Positions 51,301 through 64,000 of a stretch of DNA of 64,000 nucleotides are shown one piece after another. A program made the position numbers and the translations under genes. Positions within the stretch are counted from its first letter, which is position 1; every line of letters begins with the position of its first letter. The notes under the pieces are model-generated. The model was not told the origin of the DNA. It worked only from the letters and a program-made list of their open reading frames with translations, and did no database searches. Origin of the DNA: Magallana gigas (lineage: Eukaryota); assembly GCF_963853765.1 (NCBI RefSeq), contig NC_088858.1, positions 54,498,001-54,562,000 of the forward strand, read 5' to 3'.

Positions 51301-51860
51301 AAATGATATGATGTTTCACTTATGGAAGAGAAAAATCATATCAAAATAACATTTCCTTCCGATTGCTTAGTATTTAAAATAATGTCGAGGATAAAATAAA
51401 GTGTTGTAGAAGAAATGCATTTATCAATATTCCAGAGGTTCTGGGGTTTTTTTTAATGATCATTTTGGTAATGTTAAGTGTTCTCTTTTTAAACTATCAC
51501 CAAAGACTAATTTCAATCACACAAAAAAATTGTCCATAATATTAAACGCGCGCAGAAAAATACCAATTTGATGTTTGACGTTTCGTCACGGGTAAATGAT
51601 TTTTGTTTTTCGTTTTTTGTTTTATTTTTTATGCGCTGTCGATGAAAAAGACATATCAGTTACACAATGTTAAAACTTTCACATTTTTATTATCTTGTAA
51701 TTTTCAAATTATTCTTTTTTCCTGCTTGAACACTCAGAAGTTTTTTTAGTGTACACTGTCGTAAGTCATTTATCCGTAGCTCAACAGGATTTATTTATAT
51801 TTTTAAAATTTGTTTAGCATTCATCTTATTGATCTCTTATTACAGTTCATTTCCTAATTT
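48400..51860 (+). repeat. Diverged direct duplication of the TRIM-cGLR intergenic block (second copy about 58410-61370)
   Basis: Colinear shared anchors: GATTCCATACATTCGTCATTTAAATT, AAAAAGGATGTTTGCAACTT, GAAGTCATTGATTCGTCCCTAC, GTCGGGGTGACTGATTTCC, GAAGAGAAAAATCATATCAAAATAA, AAACTATCACC, AGCATTCATCTT. Each copy has private TE insertions. Confidence 0.85.
49500..50235. mobile_element. TTAA-flanked MITE (Kolobok-like)
   Basis: TTAA(A)GAGACAGTACGGC ... GCTGTACTGTCTCT|TTAA. Absent from the paralogous block near 58.7 kb. Confidence 0.6.
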
Positions 51861-52151
51861 TTTTTACAAAGTAAAAGTAACATGAAGATAACAATAAGAA
51901 TCTATTTATTTGTAACACTTTTAGCAATATCATTATTAAACGGGATTTCTTTTTTAAAATCGTCATACAACTTTTATTTAAACACAATCATTTCTTTAGG
52001 CAAACAGAAACATTTGGAAAAAAAGCCCAATACTCGACTACCACCTGGACTCATGTTTTGAAGCCTGTAACTACTTTTGTAAGCTGCATCTTTGTTTTGA
52101 AACGACGCATCCTTCGAGGAATGATATAACATACATTGAATTTTCAGTCAG

Positions 52152-54180
52152 ATGGCTTTCCAGAGTATGTCTGAGTCCGTGTACGTAGAAATGTGTCGGA
52201 CGATGGGGACTCCACAACTGGTGGTATGCAGGAGAGATATGGTCGATCTAAAAGAGTTGCTTATAAATGAAATAATGAAAAAATCTAACAAGCAACAAAT
52301 GTTGAGTGGAAGTCGAAGAGAAGGATTTAGATTTAGAGGGTCAGACATAGATACTATGTTTTGGCTTGATAACCACAAGGTGATCTGGGACTGGAATTCC
52401 CAATCTCAGTGTTACAACTTACAAAGACATGCACTGATTCTCTGCCACGATTCTGAGAGTCCTCCAGGGTTCACCCTCCTTTGTTTACCGTTGGGAAGAG
52501 CTGACAGTAGAGTGTTGTCAGCTTGTGTACGGATGAATGGAATACTTTACATTTCAAGTTCTAAACACCGAAATATCTATTGTTCTGCTATAAGACCGAA
52601 TTCTTCATTGCATGGACCGTGTAGCAATGGAATGCTAGGGACGATAGAAGTCGATTACGCCCATAGTTTTATTAGTGATTTTTGGCCACCTTCTGCCTCC
52701 TCATGGATAGACAGATGTCACTCATGGCCACCATCTCCGGTTGTCAACGATATTGTAAGACATGGGTGTCACTTTGTAGCTATAGGACACAAACTAGGAA
52801 ACCATGTAGATAACGAATGGAGAATATCCTTCTCTTTGGCGGAGTATAAACTTGTGTACTCTATGAATCACACGCAATTTTTAACTTATGGTATGTTAAA
52901 ATTGTTTTTGAAGGAGGTAATGAACAATGGGTTAAGAGATGATGAAAAACTGTTGTGTTCCTATCATTTAAAGACAACATTGTTCTGGGCCATTCAACAA
53001 ACCCCACTACATAACTGGTGTCCACAAAACCTCCTAGCCGGTTTCTGGGTTTGCTTTAAATATCTTCTCAAATGGGTGTATAAAGGAGCTTGTCCTAATT
53101 TTTTTATTCCACAGAACAACATGTTTTTGAGCAATATTCATGGCAGAGCAAAATCAACTTTATTCAGGAGACTGTATGGGTTGTATGAGAAGGGTATAGC
53201 AATGCTGCTACACAGTACCTCCATCAGGTCCTCTATCATTGATATCCTTTGCAATCCAAGACTTGAGGTGTGTACTGATGAACACACTCTGATTTCTGAG
53301 GTTGACTTTGACGCACGTTTATTTACTGAAATAGATTTTAATGATTCGTTATCCGGAGAACACTTTCAGTACATTTTAAAGGGATTACTGGTAATAGAAA
53401 AGTTGATCAATTTACCCTTAACAAACTATCAAGTTGTAATGTTACAAAAGTGTTTTGCTACCATCCTTCAGGGGTTAGGTTTTGAACTACAAAATAAATA
53501 TTTTAACGGAGTAAATAATAAAGAGGTATATAAAAGAGACAAAATCTCATTAAACATATTAAAGTTATCAGCCAAGTTTGGATATGTTTCTGACACATTG
53601 TACATTGCCATGTTTTATTACAAAACATTGAGATACAGAGAAACGGTTACCGTTATAGAGAAGACAAAGGTCAAATTTGCACAGCCACATCTGGTATACA
53701 GACGTAAACTCACACAGAGATATATTGAGGCTGTAGGGGGGCTGCCTTGGTCTACAAAGATCAGACTAGCTTTACCAAACAATATCAGACTTGCCAACTA
53801 CATCTTTTACATTCCGGAATTAATACCAGAACAGATGTCTAGTGATGGCATGAATAGGGATTCGCTGTTGATCTCGCCCTTTATTATGTTACATTTTCTA
53901 GAGTTTTTGAGTTGTAGACGGAATGACTCATTAAGAGCACAGGCGGCTTTAGAGAATCTTCAAGTTCTAGTCCAAAATGAGCATTTTGGGGTTGGTAGAC
54001 AAAGATATCAGAGATATTTCTTGGGAAATGTTGGGGATCATTCAGGAAATGTCAGGGGACATTCCTGCTGCCGTATACTCATTCCAACAGTCACTTAGAC
54101 AGCTTTCAATTCATGAAATACAATCGGCCACTCGACAGAGGATTCGTGATTTGCACTTTGAAGCTCCACATCACCAGTAA
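52152..54180 (+). CDS. Mab-21 domain nucleotidyltransferase (cGAS-like receptor, cGLR) with C-terminal helical/TPR-like tail; one frameshift near 53988-53991
   Basis: SGSRREG..SDIDTM catalytic motif, third acidic residue in EVDYAH, WPP..W..R..SWP, HFVAIG, EWRISFS.AE and SYHLKT motifs. The tail continues in another frame (RDISWEMLGIIQEMSGD..AAVYSFQQSL) to 54180. A splice acceptor ends at 52147, just upstream of the ATG. Confidence 0.85.
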
Positions 54181-54562
54181 AAATCTGATATAAGTGAATA
54201 TGCCATTAAAGTAAATGACATTGTGAACATACCCCTTTTATGTTTTTTCTTCGTTATTTACTCAGGAGCGCAGTGGTGGCATTTCAGTTTATGTGTTTGA
54301 GGACAATAAAAATCCAAACATGTATATTTATATTGAACATTTTACTGTTTCATTATTTATTTTTCTTTAAATTATGTGTTTTTACTTATATTGTTGTAGT
54401 CTCAATTCGTTGGTGCAAATGTATAATGCAGGTCTGCAACTATCACATCGAACAGTTTCAAATAAACAGTGTCAATTTGACATTTAAATTAAATTTTATG
54501 TGGCTTTTATACCACTGCAATATGATTGATATTTCTGAAGATTTAAGGGGGGATATACGTAA

Positions 54563-54885
54563 GGTACATGTGGTATGGGGCATTTCTATATGTGACGTAC
54601 TATTTATCGAAATAAACAATTAAATCAAGTGTGATTATATTAATAGATTCTTTACCAATGTTGCCAACTAACAGTGTAGTGCAGTTGTTTGGTGGGTTCA
54701 TTACGAATATGTAAGCCACGATTTCGAATCCCGCTGGTGGTTTTTAGATTTTTCCCATCCAACAATTTTTCTAACCTATTTGTTTTTGTGAACTTTTGTA
54801 AAACTTGAAAATTCTAAGTCGGAACATTTTTTTAATTATAATGTACTTCTAACCACTTTAATGCACACAAATGTCCCATACCACC
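54563..54885. mobile_element. TTAA-flanked MITE remnant with an internal tRNA-like (B-box) segment
   Basis: Right end AAATGTCCCATACCACC|TTAA; degenerate left end GGT..GGTATGGGGCATTT; internal TTCGAATCCCGCTGG at about 54723. Confidence 0.45.
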
Positions 54886-57026
54886 TTAATAGCATATTAT
54901 AAGTATCAGTTGGTCTAATCTCTTGTCATAAATATACATTTTATCAAAGACGGAATGTAAGAACATTGTTTTACTCATTTGTAGAGTTTCGATTCGTTTA
55001 CAATAGAAATTTGTACATATAAACCCTTTTTATAGAACAAAAATATGATGATAAAGTGAGTTTAAGTATTTATAAAAAGTAGAGCATATCTTATAAAGTG
55101 GACAAAATGTTCCGGGATGTGTGCTTCTATTTTTAAGGACCATATTTTTAAGCTCATATTCACTAAGAGTTTTGTGTAAAGTTCAAACTACGTTTAATAC
55201 ATCTTAACAAAATGTGCCCATAGACTTCAATTTAAAATTTATGTTACAATCATTTGGAAAATAATTTGATTTATCTATATAGTTAATTTATAATTTTTTA
55301 AAATTCCCTTCGTGGAGTATTTTAATTGCAAAGATCCTCAAAATAATATCATGGTAAAGAATATCAAACAAATCATTTATTATGCACAAAATGCAATCAG
55401 TTTGCATTCATTTCCTTAGATACACTTTTTAAAATATCATAAATCATCAAAAGGTATAAGATTTGTACCAATTTATAGAAAATGCAGAGTTTATTAGTTT
55501 TATGAACATTTTGAAACAACCTTTTAAAGTTTTTTCGACGAAGTATTTGATTATTTTCCCTCTTGGCTAATCAGAAATCATTAAAACTTCAAAATCCATA
55601 TATGTAGCCATATTTACTCCAAAAAAGTGTCCTTAATTGGAACACATGGCTTTTTCTTCCCTTTCGTTAGAGATTGAAGTATTTTTCTATTAAGTCCAAA
55701 AGGGTCATTGTATTCAAAATAAGAAAACCTAAAAAAGGAAAACTTGTGTTATAGGAGACAAGTATTAAAGGGATAGAAATAAGGTGATATTAGTATATAG
55801 TGTACTGCATATGCTCGTAACTTTCAGGCACGTAGCACCTTTTCAATTCTTGACAGAAGTAGACGTAGCAAAATATCTTTAGAAGCAAAATATAAAATAA
55901 TCAATATCGCCTTACAGAGGAATCCTCAAAGACATAATATATTAAGGATGGGTTAAGCGTAGGGGGGGGGGGGCCTCGCATCTTTATATTTAATTTGGAG
56001 TTAAGAAATGAAGAAATATGTTCAATAACCTGCTTCTTGCATGTCTGAGTTTAGAAAACAAGACTTTAAATTTACTAGAAGGAGACATATTGTAATGTTT
56101 TAACAACGATTAGCTTTTTGTAATTTTTTTTAAACCTATTTTCGAAAACATTAATACATTCATTTAGTTTTGTTATCTTATTAGTTATTTACCTATTAGT
56201 CATGTTTACATGATACGAAAACATTTGAATTTGTTTTATCATTATCAAGATTTCCTGCTCTTAGGTTTGGCAAGCTATATTTACTCCCGATTTATTTTTT
56301 GGCAGATGGACATTTTGGTTAACTTCTAAATGTACCATCTTTTTAATTCGATTACTACATATATGTATATACGTGTACGTATAGTTTCTTTCATGATCAT
56401 TAACTACCATGAATAGATTGTATAATATTGCAGATTTTATGTAAGAAATAAAAGATTAAACCGTTAATTCTTTAAAAGGTAAAGATACGTCACTGGTAGG
56501 GAGTAATCAAATAGATAACAACAATCAGTCAGTTAAGGTTGAAAATCAAACAATATATATCCCTCAAAGCATAATATTATAATTTGAATTCAGAATTTAT
56601 ATTGAGGTATTGTAAACAACATGTTGGGTTCACCATTTTTACCATGCGGTTTGATGTACATTGTACTTTTTGTAAAATAACGATTATTGTCATTAGAACT
56701 TATGCTTTGAAAGTTTCATCAATGAGAGGACAAGCAATGCTTAAAAATTTGTGAACAACAAAACAAGTAACAAAGTGCAAAGAATCATTCTAGGTTATAA
56801 GTCTATACAACATACATGTACTATCTAGTTGCCTGAATAAAAAATTGAATTCAAAAAGGAGCATTGATTCATAAAAGAATCATTTAAAGGTAATCCTTAG
56901 CATTTTATTCTGCTGAATAATTATAGAAAATTGCTATTCGTTATCAAAAAGGATATAAGTAAAGGATGTAAATAAACAAAATTTTAAATCTGCACCAATA
57001 ATCAAGGAAACTATACATCTGGCCCC

Positions 57027-57070
<44 letters not shown>

Positions 57071-57164
57071 TTCTTTCATTCATCCCTGAATATACATAGT
57101 TTTTTAGTGTTTATACCTTTACAGTGATAACAATATTTTGTATAATTATAGTGTTAGCAGTACG

Positions 57165-58260
57165 CTGCATTGTTCCATTGTTAACAGTCTGTTGTTTAGT
57201 TACATTGTAAACAGTCTGTTGTTTGATTACATTGTTAACAGTCTGTTGTTTGGTTACATTGTTAACAGTCTGTTGTTTGATTACATTGTTAGCAGTCTGT
57301 TGTTTGGTTACAGTGATAACAGTCTGTTGTTTAGTTACATTGTTAACAGTCTGTTGTTTAGTTACATTGTTAACAGTCTATTGTTTGATTACATTGTTAA
57401 CAGTCTGTTGTTTAGTTTCATTGTTAACAGTCTGTTGTTTAGTTACATTGTTAACACTCTGTTGTTTGATTACATTGTTAACAGTCTGATGTTTGGTTAG
57501 ATTGTTAACAGTCTGTTGTTTAGTTACATTGTTAACACTCTGTTGTTTAGTTACATTGTTAACAGTCTGTTGTTTAGTTACATTGTTAACAGTCTGTTGT
57601 TTGGTTAAATTGTTAACAGTCTGTTGTTTAGTTACATTGTTAACAGTCTGTTGTTTAGTTACATTGTTAACAGTCTGTTGTTTAGTTACATTGTTAACAG
57701 TCTGATGTTTAGTTACAGTGATAACAGTCTGTTGTTTAGTTACATTGTTAACAGTCTGTTGTTTGATTACATTGTTAACAGTCTGATGTTTGGTTACATA
57801 GTTAACAGTCGGTTGTTTAGTTACATTGTTAACAGTTTGTTTTTAAGTTACATTGTTACCAGTCTGTTGTTTAGTTACATTGTTAACAGTCTGTTGTTTA
57901 GTTACATTGTTAACAGTCTGTTGTTTAGTTACATTGTTAACAGTCTGATGTTTTTGTTACAGTGATAACAGTCTGTTGTTTAGTTACATTGTTAACAGTC
58001 TGTTGTTTAGACTGTTAACAATGTAACTAAATAACAGAGTGTTAACAATGTAACCAAACAACAGACTGTTAACAATGTAACTAAACAACAGACTGTTAAC
58101 AATGTAACCAAACAACAGACTGTTAACAATGTAACCAAACAACAGACTGTTAACAATGTAACTAAACAAAAGACTGTTAACAATGTAGTTACATTGTTAA
58201 CAGTCTATTGTTTAATTACACAGTCTGTTGTTTAGTGACAGAATGCAGTCTGTAATATAG
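57165..58260. repeat. 27-bp minisatellite (ACATTGTTAACAGTCTGTTGTTTAGTT)n with an internal inverted block
   Basis: About 40 units. Orientation flips at about 58011 and back at about 58187. The array explains the spurious SYIVNSLLF and VTLLTVCCL ORFs. Confidence 0.95.
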
Positions 58261-58264
58261 TAGC

Positions 58265-58401
58265 NNNNNNNNNNNNNNNNNNNNNNNNNNNNNNNNNNNN
58301 NNNNNNNNNNNNNNNNNNNNNNNNNNNNNNNNNNNNNNNNNNNNNNNNNNNNNNNNNNNNNNNNNNNNNNNNNNNNNNNNNNNNNNNNNNNNNNNNNNNN
58401 N
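58265..58401. other. Assembly gap (137 N)
   Basis: Run of N. Confidence 1.
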
Positions 58402-59254
58402 ATCTTTTTGAATTAAATAAAAGTCTATCGGCATTGCATGTTTGTTAAAAAAGAAATCACGGACACGGCAGAGTGATTCCATACATTCGTCATTTAAATT
58501 TTTCAACTTGATACCATCAGTAATTAATAGCTAGCTTTCCTTGGTTAATAGTTAGATCTATTGTACCATATGATCGTCTAACTGATATTTTTATGACCTA
58601 GAATTCCATTTCTTGTACTAATCATTCAATATGCACGATGTTATGCACTAGAAAAAAATGAATAGTTTATTGCTCTGTGTAACTGTGTGTTTTTTTAAAT
58701 ATTGCGATATTTGTTCAATGTAAAAGCAAACAGAATATTCGATCTTATAGTTAACTAATAGACGAACAAACAATTTCATCCTTCCTGGTTATTGTTTCCG
58801 ATACCGTAAGCGAAAATAGAATATCCGTCTCGTTCCATATTGGACGGAAAACTTGAGATATAATTAGATAAGAAATGTCAAAAAGGATGTTTGCAACTTG
58901 ACACTAATTTAATGTTGCCGACTCAAGTATTTGATAGTGTCCACTTGTCTCAATATCATGGTTTTAGAGTCGCCGAGTCTATTTGAAGAAGTCATTGATT
59001 CGTCCCTACTTAAGAAAATAGACGGACAATCAATATTATCCTTCCTGGTACTTTATTCCTATGCCTGAAGAGATAATCAAATACTCAACTCTTGCCATTT
59101 TGGTTTGAAAACTTGAGATATGGTTTGAAAACTTGAGATATGAGTAGATTGGGAAAAATATATAAAGATGTTTAAAACTTGACAATAGGTTATTTTTTTC
59201 GAACTTAAAAGTTTTAGGACATCCCCTTGTTTGAACATAAGCTTACACAGCTTG

Positions 59255-59939
59255 CAGGCTTGGGGTAATGTTAAATGTAATGGTAATGCATTGCAATGCA
59301 TTACATTTTTTCAAAGTAATGCTAGTTATGTGTAATGCCACAAATTTAGCATTACAAGTAATGGTAATGTAATTCATTACTTTCCAAAATCTAGTGTAAC
59401 GCTGGCATTACATGGCATTACTTTGCATTACTATGCTTTTCTATGCAAGTTCATTTCTAAAATTGCGATGAATTGCGATATTTGTTAAATGTAAAAGATA
59501 AAAAATTGTTTTGAAGAAGAAAAATAATTATTGAGATAAAGGTAGTTTAGTTGTATGAGTTAAAAATAATCCATTCTTAAATTGTCAATATAACTAGCCA
59601 TAACAACACAATTTCAAAACATTTAAAGGGTGTTGTTATTAAGAATTTTATATTATTTGAAAAACTTACTCCAATTAGTTGGGCATTTAATGAAATTTTT
59701 ACTGTGAAGAATGTGCTAACAACACACAATGCCCCCAGGATAATCTAAGTATCAAAACAATCCATTGTTTTAAGAGGTGCTAAACACCCCATTTTCCACC
59801 CTTTTCTTTACTGTGTTCTATTAGAATAGAGAACAGACATACACCCTTTAAAGCAAAAACGAATGCACTGTCCAGTCATAATCTCTGAAAGCTTTGAAAT
59901 TATTTCCAGTAATGAGTATTATAATCTTCTTTTTTTAAT

Positions 59940-59976
<37 letters not shown>

Positions 59977-60467
59977 GTAGTGTTGTATATTAAATAGTTT
60001 GTACTGAAAGAAAATACAAGATTCATGTATTTTATTATATTATTGCCTGAACGCTCATATTCATATCTTAGATTTTCAAACCCGAGAGGATGCCATTAAA
60101 AGATGAAACCCTTGAAACTTTGCTGATCATAATGTGCAACAGCAGTCTTGTATAAGCCATTAAATTTGAACCTGATAGTGAAGTTGAACCTGTAAATATG
60201 TTTGTTAATACATGTAAGCGTGTTTTATATATGAAGCATTTGCAAAAACTTTTTTATTTAGCTTTTAAATTACTTAAATTTTTTTAAACTTATTGTCGAC
60301 TTTTCACAAAGTAATGGTAATGGAAATGCATTACTTTACTCATGTAATGGTAATGTAATGCATAACTTCAAGAAATTTAAGTAATAATAATGGTAAATTA
60401 ATGCCAAAATTCAGGAAGTAATGGTAATGTAATGCATTACTTTGCAATGTAATTCACCCCAAGCCTG
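59255..60467. mobile_element. hAT-type non-autonomous element (1213 bp)
   Basis: 12-bp TIR CAGGCTTGGGGT. 8-bp TSD ACAGCTTG at 59247-59254 and 60468-60475. Subterminal GTAATG/CATTAC repeats. The empty site is in the paralogous block at 50739-50746. Confidence 0.9.
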
Positions 60468-62189
60468 ACAGCTTGGCATCCTTTAGTGGAAATATTACTA
60501 TCGGCAGTTTTTTTTATACTTTGAATAAATTTGTAAAATACAATAATAAGTACAGTCTTAAAGCTGAAATACAATAAGGTCATTGACGTTTATTTTTATG
60601 GCATAAATTTAAGCATAATAGAAATTTAATATCATTTTCGTCTTGCCGTCGGGGTGACTGATTTCCACTTAACTTTAAAATACTAGTAGTTAAGAACGAT
60701 GCATTTACATTGACCTCTGGTTGCGATCCGAGACATTGACCTTTGCTAAATATTAAAAACTCTTCCGGTTGGGTTGAATTTCGCTTAGAGCATATGGATT
60801 GTGTTAAGTTGTTAATGGAAACGATGTTACACAAATGGAAGAGAAAAATCATATCAAAATAATATTTCCTTCGGATTTGGCAGAGTCCAAGGCAATGTCG
60901 AGAACAAAATATAGAACAGCAAATTTAAAGCGAGTACAATGTTTTTTTACAAACACTTTATATTAATATACCAACGGTTCTGGCTGTTTTGTCGATGATC
61001 ATTTTGGCCATGTTAAGTGTTTTCTTTTTAAACTATCACCGAAGACCAATATCAATCATAAAAACGAAATTGTCAATAATATTAAGCACGCACAGGAAAA
61101 TACCAATTTAATGTTACAACGTTTCGTCACAGGTAATTGATTTCAATCGTTGTTGTCTTGTTTAATCTGTACTGGTGATGAAAAAACATATCAGATACGA
61201 ATTGTTGAAATTTCACATTATTTTATCTTGTAATTTTCAAATTATTCTATTTCTCAGCGTGAACACATTTGTTGAGTGAATACTGTTGCAATTATTTTAT
61301 TTATAGCTCAACAGGATTTTAAAAAAAAATAGTTCAGCATTCATCTTCTTGTTCTCTTATTACAATGCATTACATTATTTCATTACAAACAATTTGAGAC
61401 CCATTACGTAGGACAATATGTCGATAAAATTATGTTTAAAACGGCACACTTATTTGAAAATTTTAATTTTCTTTGTATATGTTTATTTTGTACAAATTTA
61501 CATGTGCATACAAATGTCATTCGTGATTTGTAATTTGATGATAAAGAAATAAATGCATAAAAAAATAGTTTTTACTTTTAATGTTGCAAAAATTATATAA
61601 TTTTTAGCATTTCTAAAATCACTGATTGCAGGCTCTAAATAACATATCATATTACATATTAGATGTTTATACATTCAATGCTGATCATTGATTGAAATTT
61701 CATGCTTGTTCAAAGCTTTGCTGTGTCTAATCTGTTAAACTTCAAGAAAACTAAACATTGTTATTATTCTATAGACATATGAAGTCATAAATACTTTCAG
61801 TGAGTTCATAGGTAAAGACGTGCAGATGAAAAAAATAGTTCATGTCATTTCTTCTACTAGATATAAACTATTCTATTCTACCTGGATAACCTTAAAATAT
61901 CGACTATTTTGAAGAAACAATCAAAACTTATTTATTTATTTTCATTTCTCTTTTTAAATTCTTGTTATTTAATTTTTATTGTATATATTTCTAAACTAAT
62001 TTGTGTTAGATTGTTTTGATATATGCATATTGTCACTCTACCATTGGCTTTCCATAATGAAAAGCATTCAATTTTGCATCTTTACCTTATTTGAAGACTT
62101 GTCTTTTGAAGACTTGTCTTTCCTCGTTGAATGGGAATCATATTTAACTTTGTCAAAATATCTGCGGTAAAAAATCTTTTTTTCATACT

Positions 62190-62650
62190 TTCATACTTCA
62201 TCAACTGGATGTGGAGTTTTTATATCTCAGTGACTCATACGCAAGGGCATTTTCTACATATGAATAATTTCTAAAATGAGACAAGCTAGTGACAAAAAAG
62301 TTGATAAATTAAGATTATCAACAGTCTCGATTGACATCTTCATTTCGTAAGTTATGGTCGATACAAGGACCTTGTCAAAAAATACAATCTTTCGCTAGAT
62401 CGAATGTTGACTGACGTTTTCATATCTATTGTTAGGCCATAATTTATCATCGAATTGTCTACGGTTTTCCCGTTTTCCCGATTACGACAAAGAGCTCTCG
62501 GCGAGTGTGACCGGTCAGCAGAGGATGATTACTCCTCCATGATACATGATCATGCCTCTAATTTTGTAGAGGTCCGTGTTTCCTTCACCCCTTTTTGTAT
62601 TTTTCCTTTGGACTATTCAACTTGAACACTGTTCGTTACAACCACATTTC
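62190..62650 (+). pseudogene. Decayed 3' fragment of a second retroelement family (PLE-type RT C-terminus + 3' UTR)
   Basis: Broken translation GV.Y.S..YARAFSTYE*FL..KLVTKKLI..YQQSRL.SSFRK resembles the YGVYISQLIRYARAC...RL..F.KFYGR motif as I recall it. It is followed by a GGCGAGTGTGACCGGTCAGCAGAGGATG..ACTCCTCC tail. Confidence 0.55.
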
Positions 62651-63862
62651 ACTTTTAAATAAAGAGAGAGATTTATGCATATATTCACAAATATTTTTGT
62701 AAAAAGCTCAAACTACGTTTTATTATTTTTTTATTTTTTTTTTATTATTCAATAAGCAAGTAAACAAGTAGCAAGCAACAAGACATACAGTCTGACCCCA
62801 AAAAGACAAATCAGGAATTTATGAGACAACAACAGAGAGCTTATATGCACACCGTAATACCTATATAATGTTAATATACAGAAAACATAATATTTTCTTT
62901 TATGCATAGCTTCTATTAATAACACTTTAGGTCATCGTTTCTCTGTAATATTAGAGAGTAGAAAAGAAGGACAAGGGAAGTAAAAATATGTGGGGAGGAA
63001 AGATTTTAATATCACATATCTACTTTTAAAAAGTACAGGATATATGTGAAAAAAGAACCAATTAAAAAAGTCTTTCAATTAAGGTATAAGAGACAATTCT
63101 GCCAGAAAATATTAAAACGTTTGATTTTTGTACTGTCATTAGAATTGTTTTTCAGGATTTTAAAGTAAAAAGTGACAAAAATTAGGAAACCTTTGATAGA
63201 TGGACAGGTGTTTTGACAACTAGCCTTTTAAATGTATTGTCTTATTAAAGTTTTTTTTTACAATAAAAAGTTTTACAATAAAACATGTCAATAGACTTCA
63301 ATGTAAAACTCGAATGGCAATTAACTAGACAATAATTATATTATTATTTGCCAACACCCCAAAAAAATCATGAAAAGGAATATCAGACTATTGATAAATC
63401 ATCCACAAAACGTGATCGTTATACATTGAATACCAAAAAATATATTTTTAAACACATAAGAAATCATAAAAAATTATTAAATATTTATGAATATATAGAT
63501 AATGCAGTGTTTCATTACAATATTAGTCTGCTAAATTTTCGATAACATTCCAAAAACATTTTATGTTTTTAAAACTTACTACACAATATTTACATTCTAC
63601 TGTGTTTTTCCATTAAATTCTGTCATCTTCAAATGCAACAAGTAGTCAAAGGTCAAGTTGACGAGTTTTATTATGACGTCACAAACGTTGAACGCTGTAA
63701 ACTGCAACGTCACAAGCGAAAATCAAAGTTCACGCCTGTGGCTGTTACTGTGGCTCTTCCATTAATATTAACTTACCCTTAGGATAAGATAGGAATTTTA
63801 AGGTATGAATCACATTTGCAGACAAGACAAGAAGTTAAAAAATGTAAATATAAACATTAAAT

Positions 63863-64000
63863 CATGATTTTTTGAAGTATACACTCTCATAACTGCAGCG
63901 GTGTGTGCACACAAATTTTCATAACGCGCTAACGCACGTTACTCAATTTGTATGCACACACCGCTGCAGTTATGAGAGTGTATACTTCAAAAAATGATGA
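63863..64000. repeat. Long inverted repeat (about 55-bp arms) at the window edge, MITE-like
   Basis: ATTTTTTGAAGTATACACTCTCATAACTGCAGCGGTGTGTGCA..AAATT and its reverse complement. Confidence 0.8.

Noticed and set aside
57138-58169. ORFs with SYIVNSLLF / VTLLTVCCL repeats
   Set aside because: Translations of a 27-bp (multiple of 3) minisatellite; no coding evidence.
57165-58260. CRISPR-like regular repeats (also 44134-44450 and 17235-17530)
   Set aside because: Head-to-tail tandem units with no unique spacers, in a eukaryotic intron-rich context.

Overview
AT-rich (invertebrate) animal genomic DNA, most consistent with a bivalve such as an oyster; this is inferred from gene families and repeat types, not a database match. 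There are four host genes. (1) A single-coding-exon peptide-type class A GPCR (14.6-15.8 kb, +). (2) A 24-exon secreted DMBT1/hensin-like gene (19406-46068, +; signal peptide, 8 SRCR, CUB, ZP; about 1248 aa), which I assembled by hand with all intron phases consistent. (3) A RING-less B-box/coiled-coil/NHL TRIM-like gene (-). (4) A Mab-21/cGAS-like receptor gene (+) with an intact catalytic motif and one late frameshift. The 16.7-kb third intron of the SRCR gene holds a nested stack flanked by (TA)n: an inverted pair of Penelope-like element copies, two MITEs, and a very young Ty3/Gypsy element. One MITE has CAC ends and a 5-bp TSD, which is Transib/RAG-like. The Gypsy has apparently identical 540-bp LTRs and an ATAC TSD. 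The most notable observation is an extra ORF at the env position of the Gypsy. It encodes two zinc fingers, a disordered region, two TQT (dynein light chain LC8-type) motifs and a basic NLS-like patch, with splice signals for a subgenomic mRNA. The rest of the window is MITEs, mini- and microsatellites, an old duplication of the TRIM/cGLR intergenic block, and one assembly gap.
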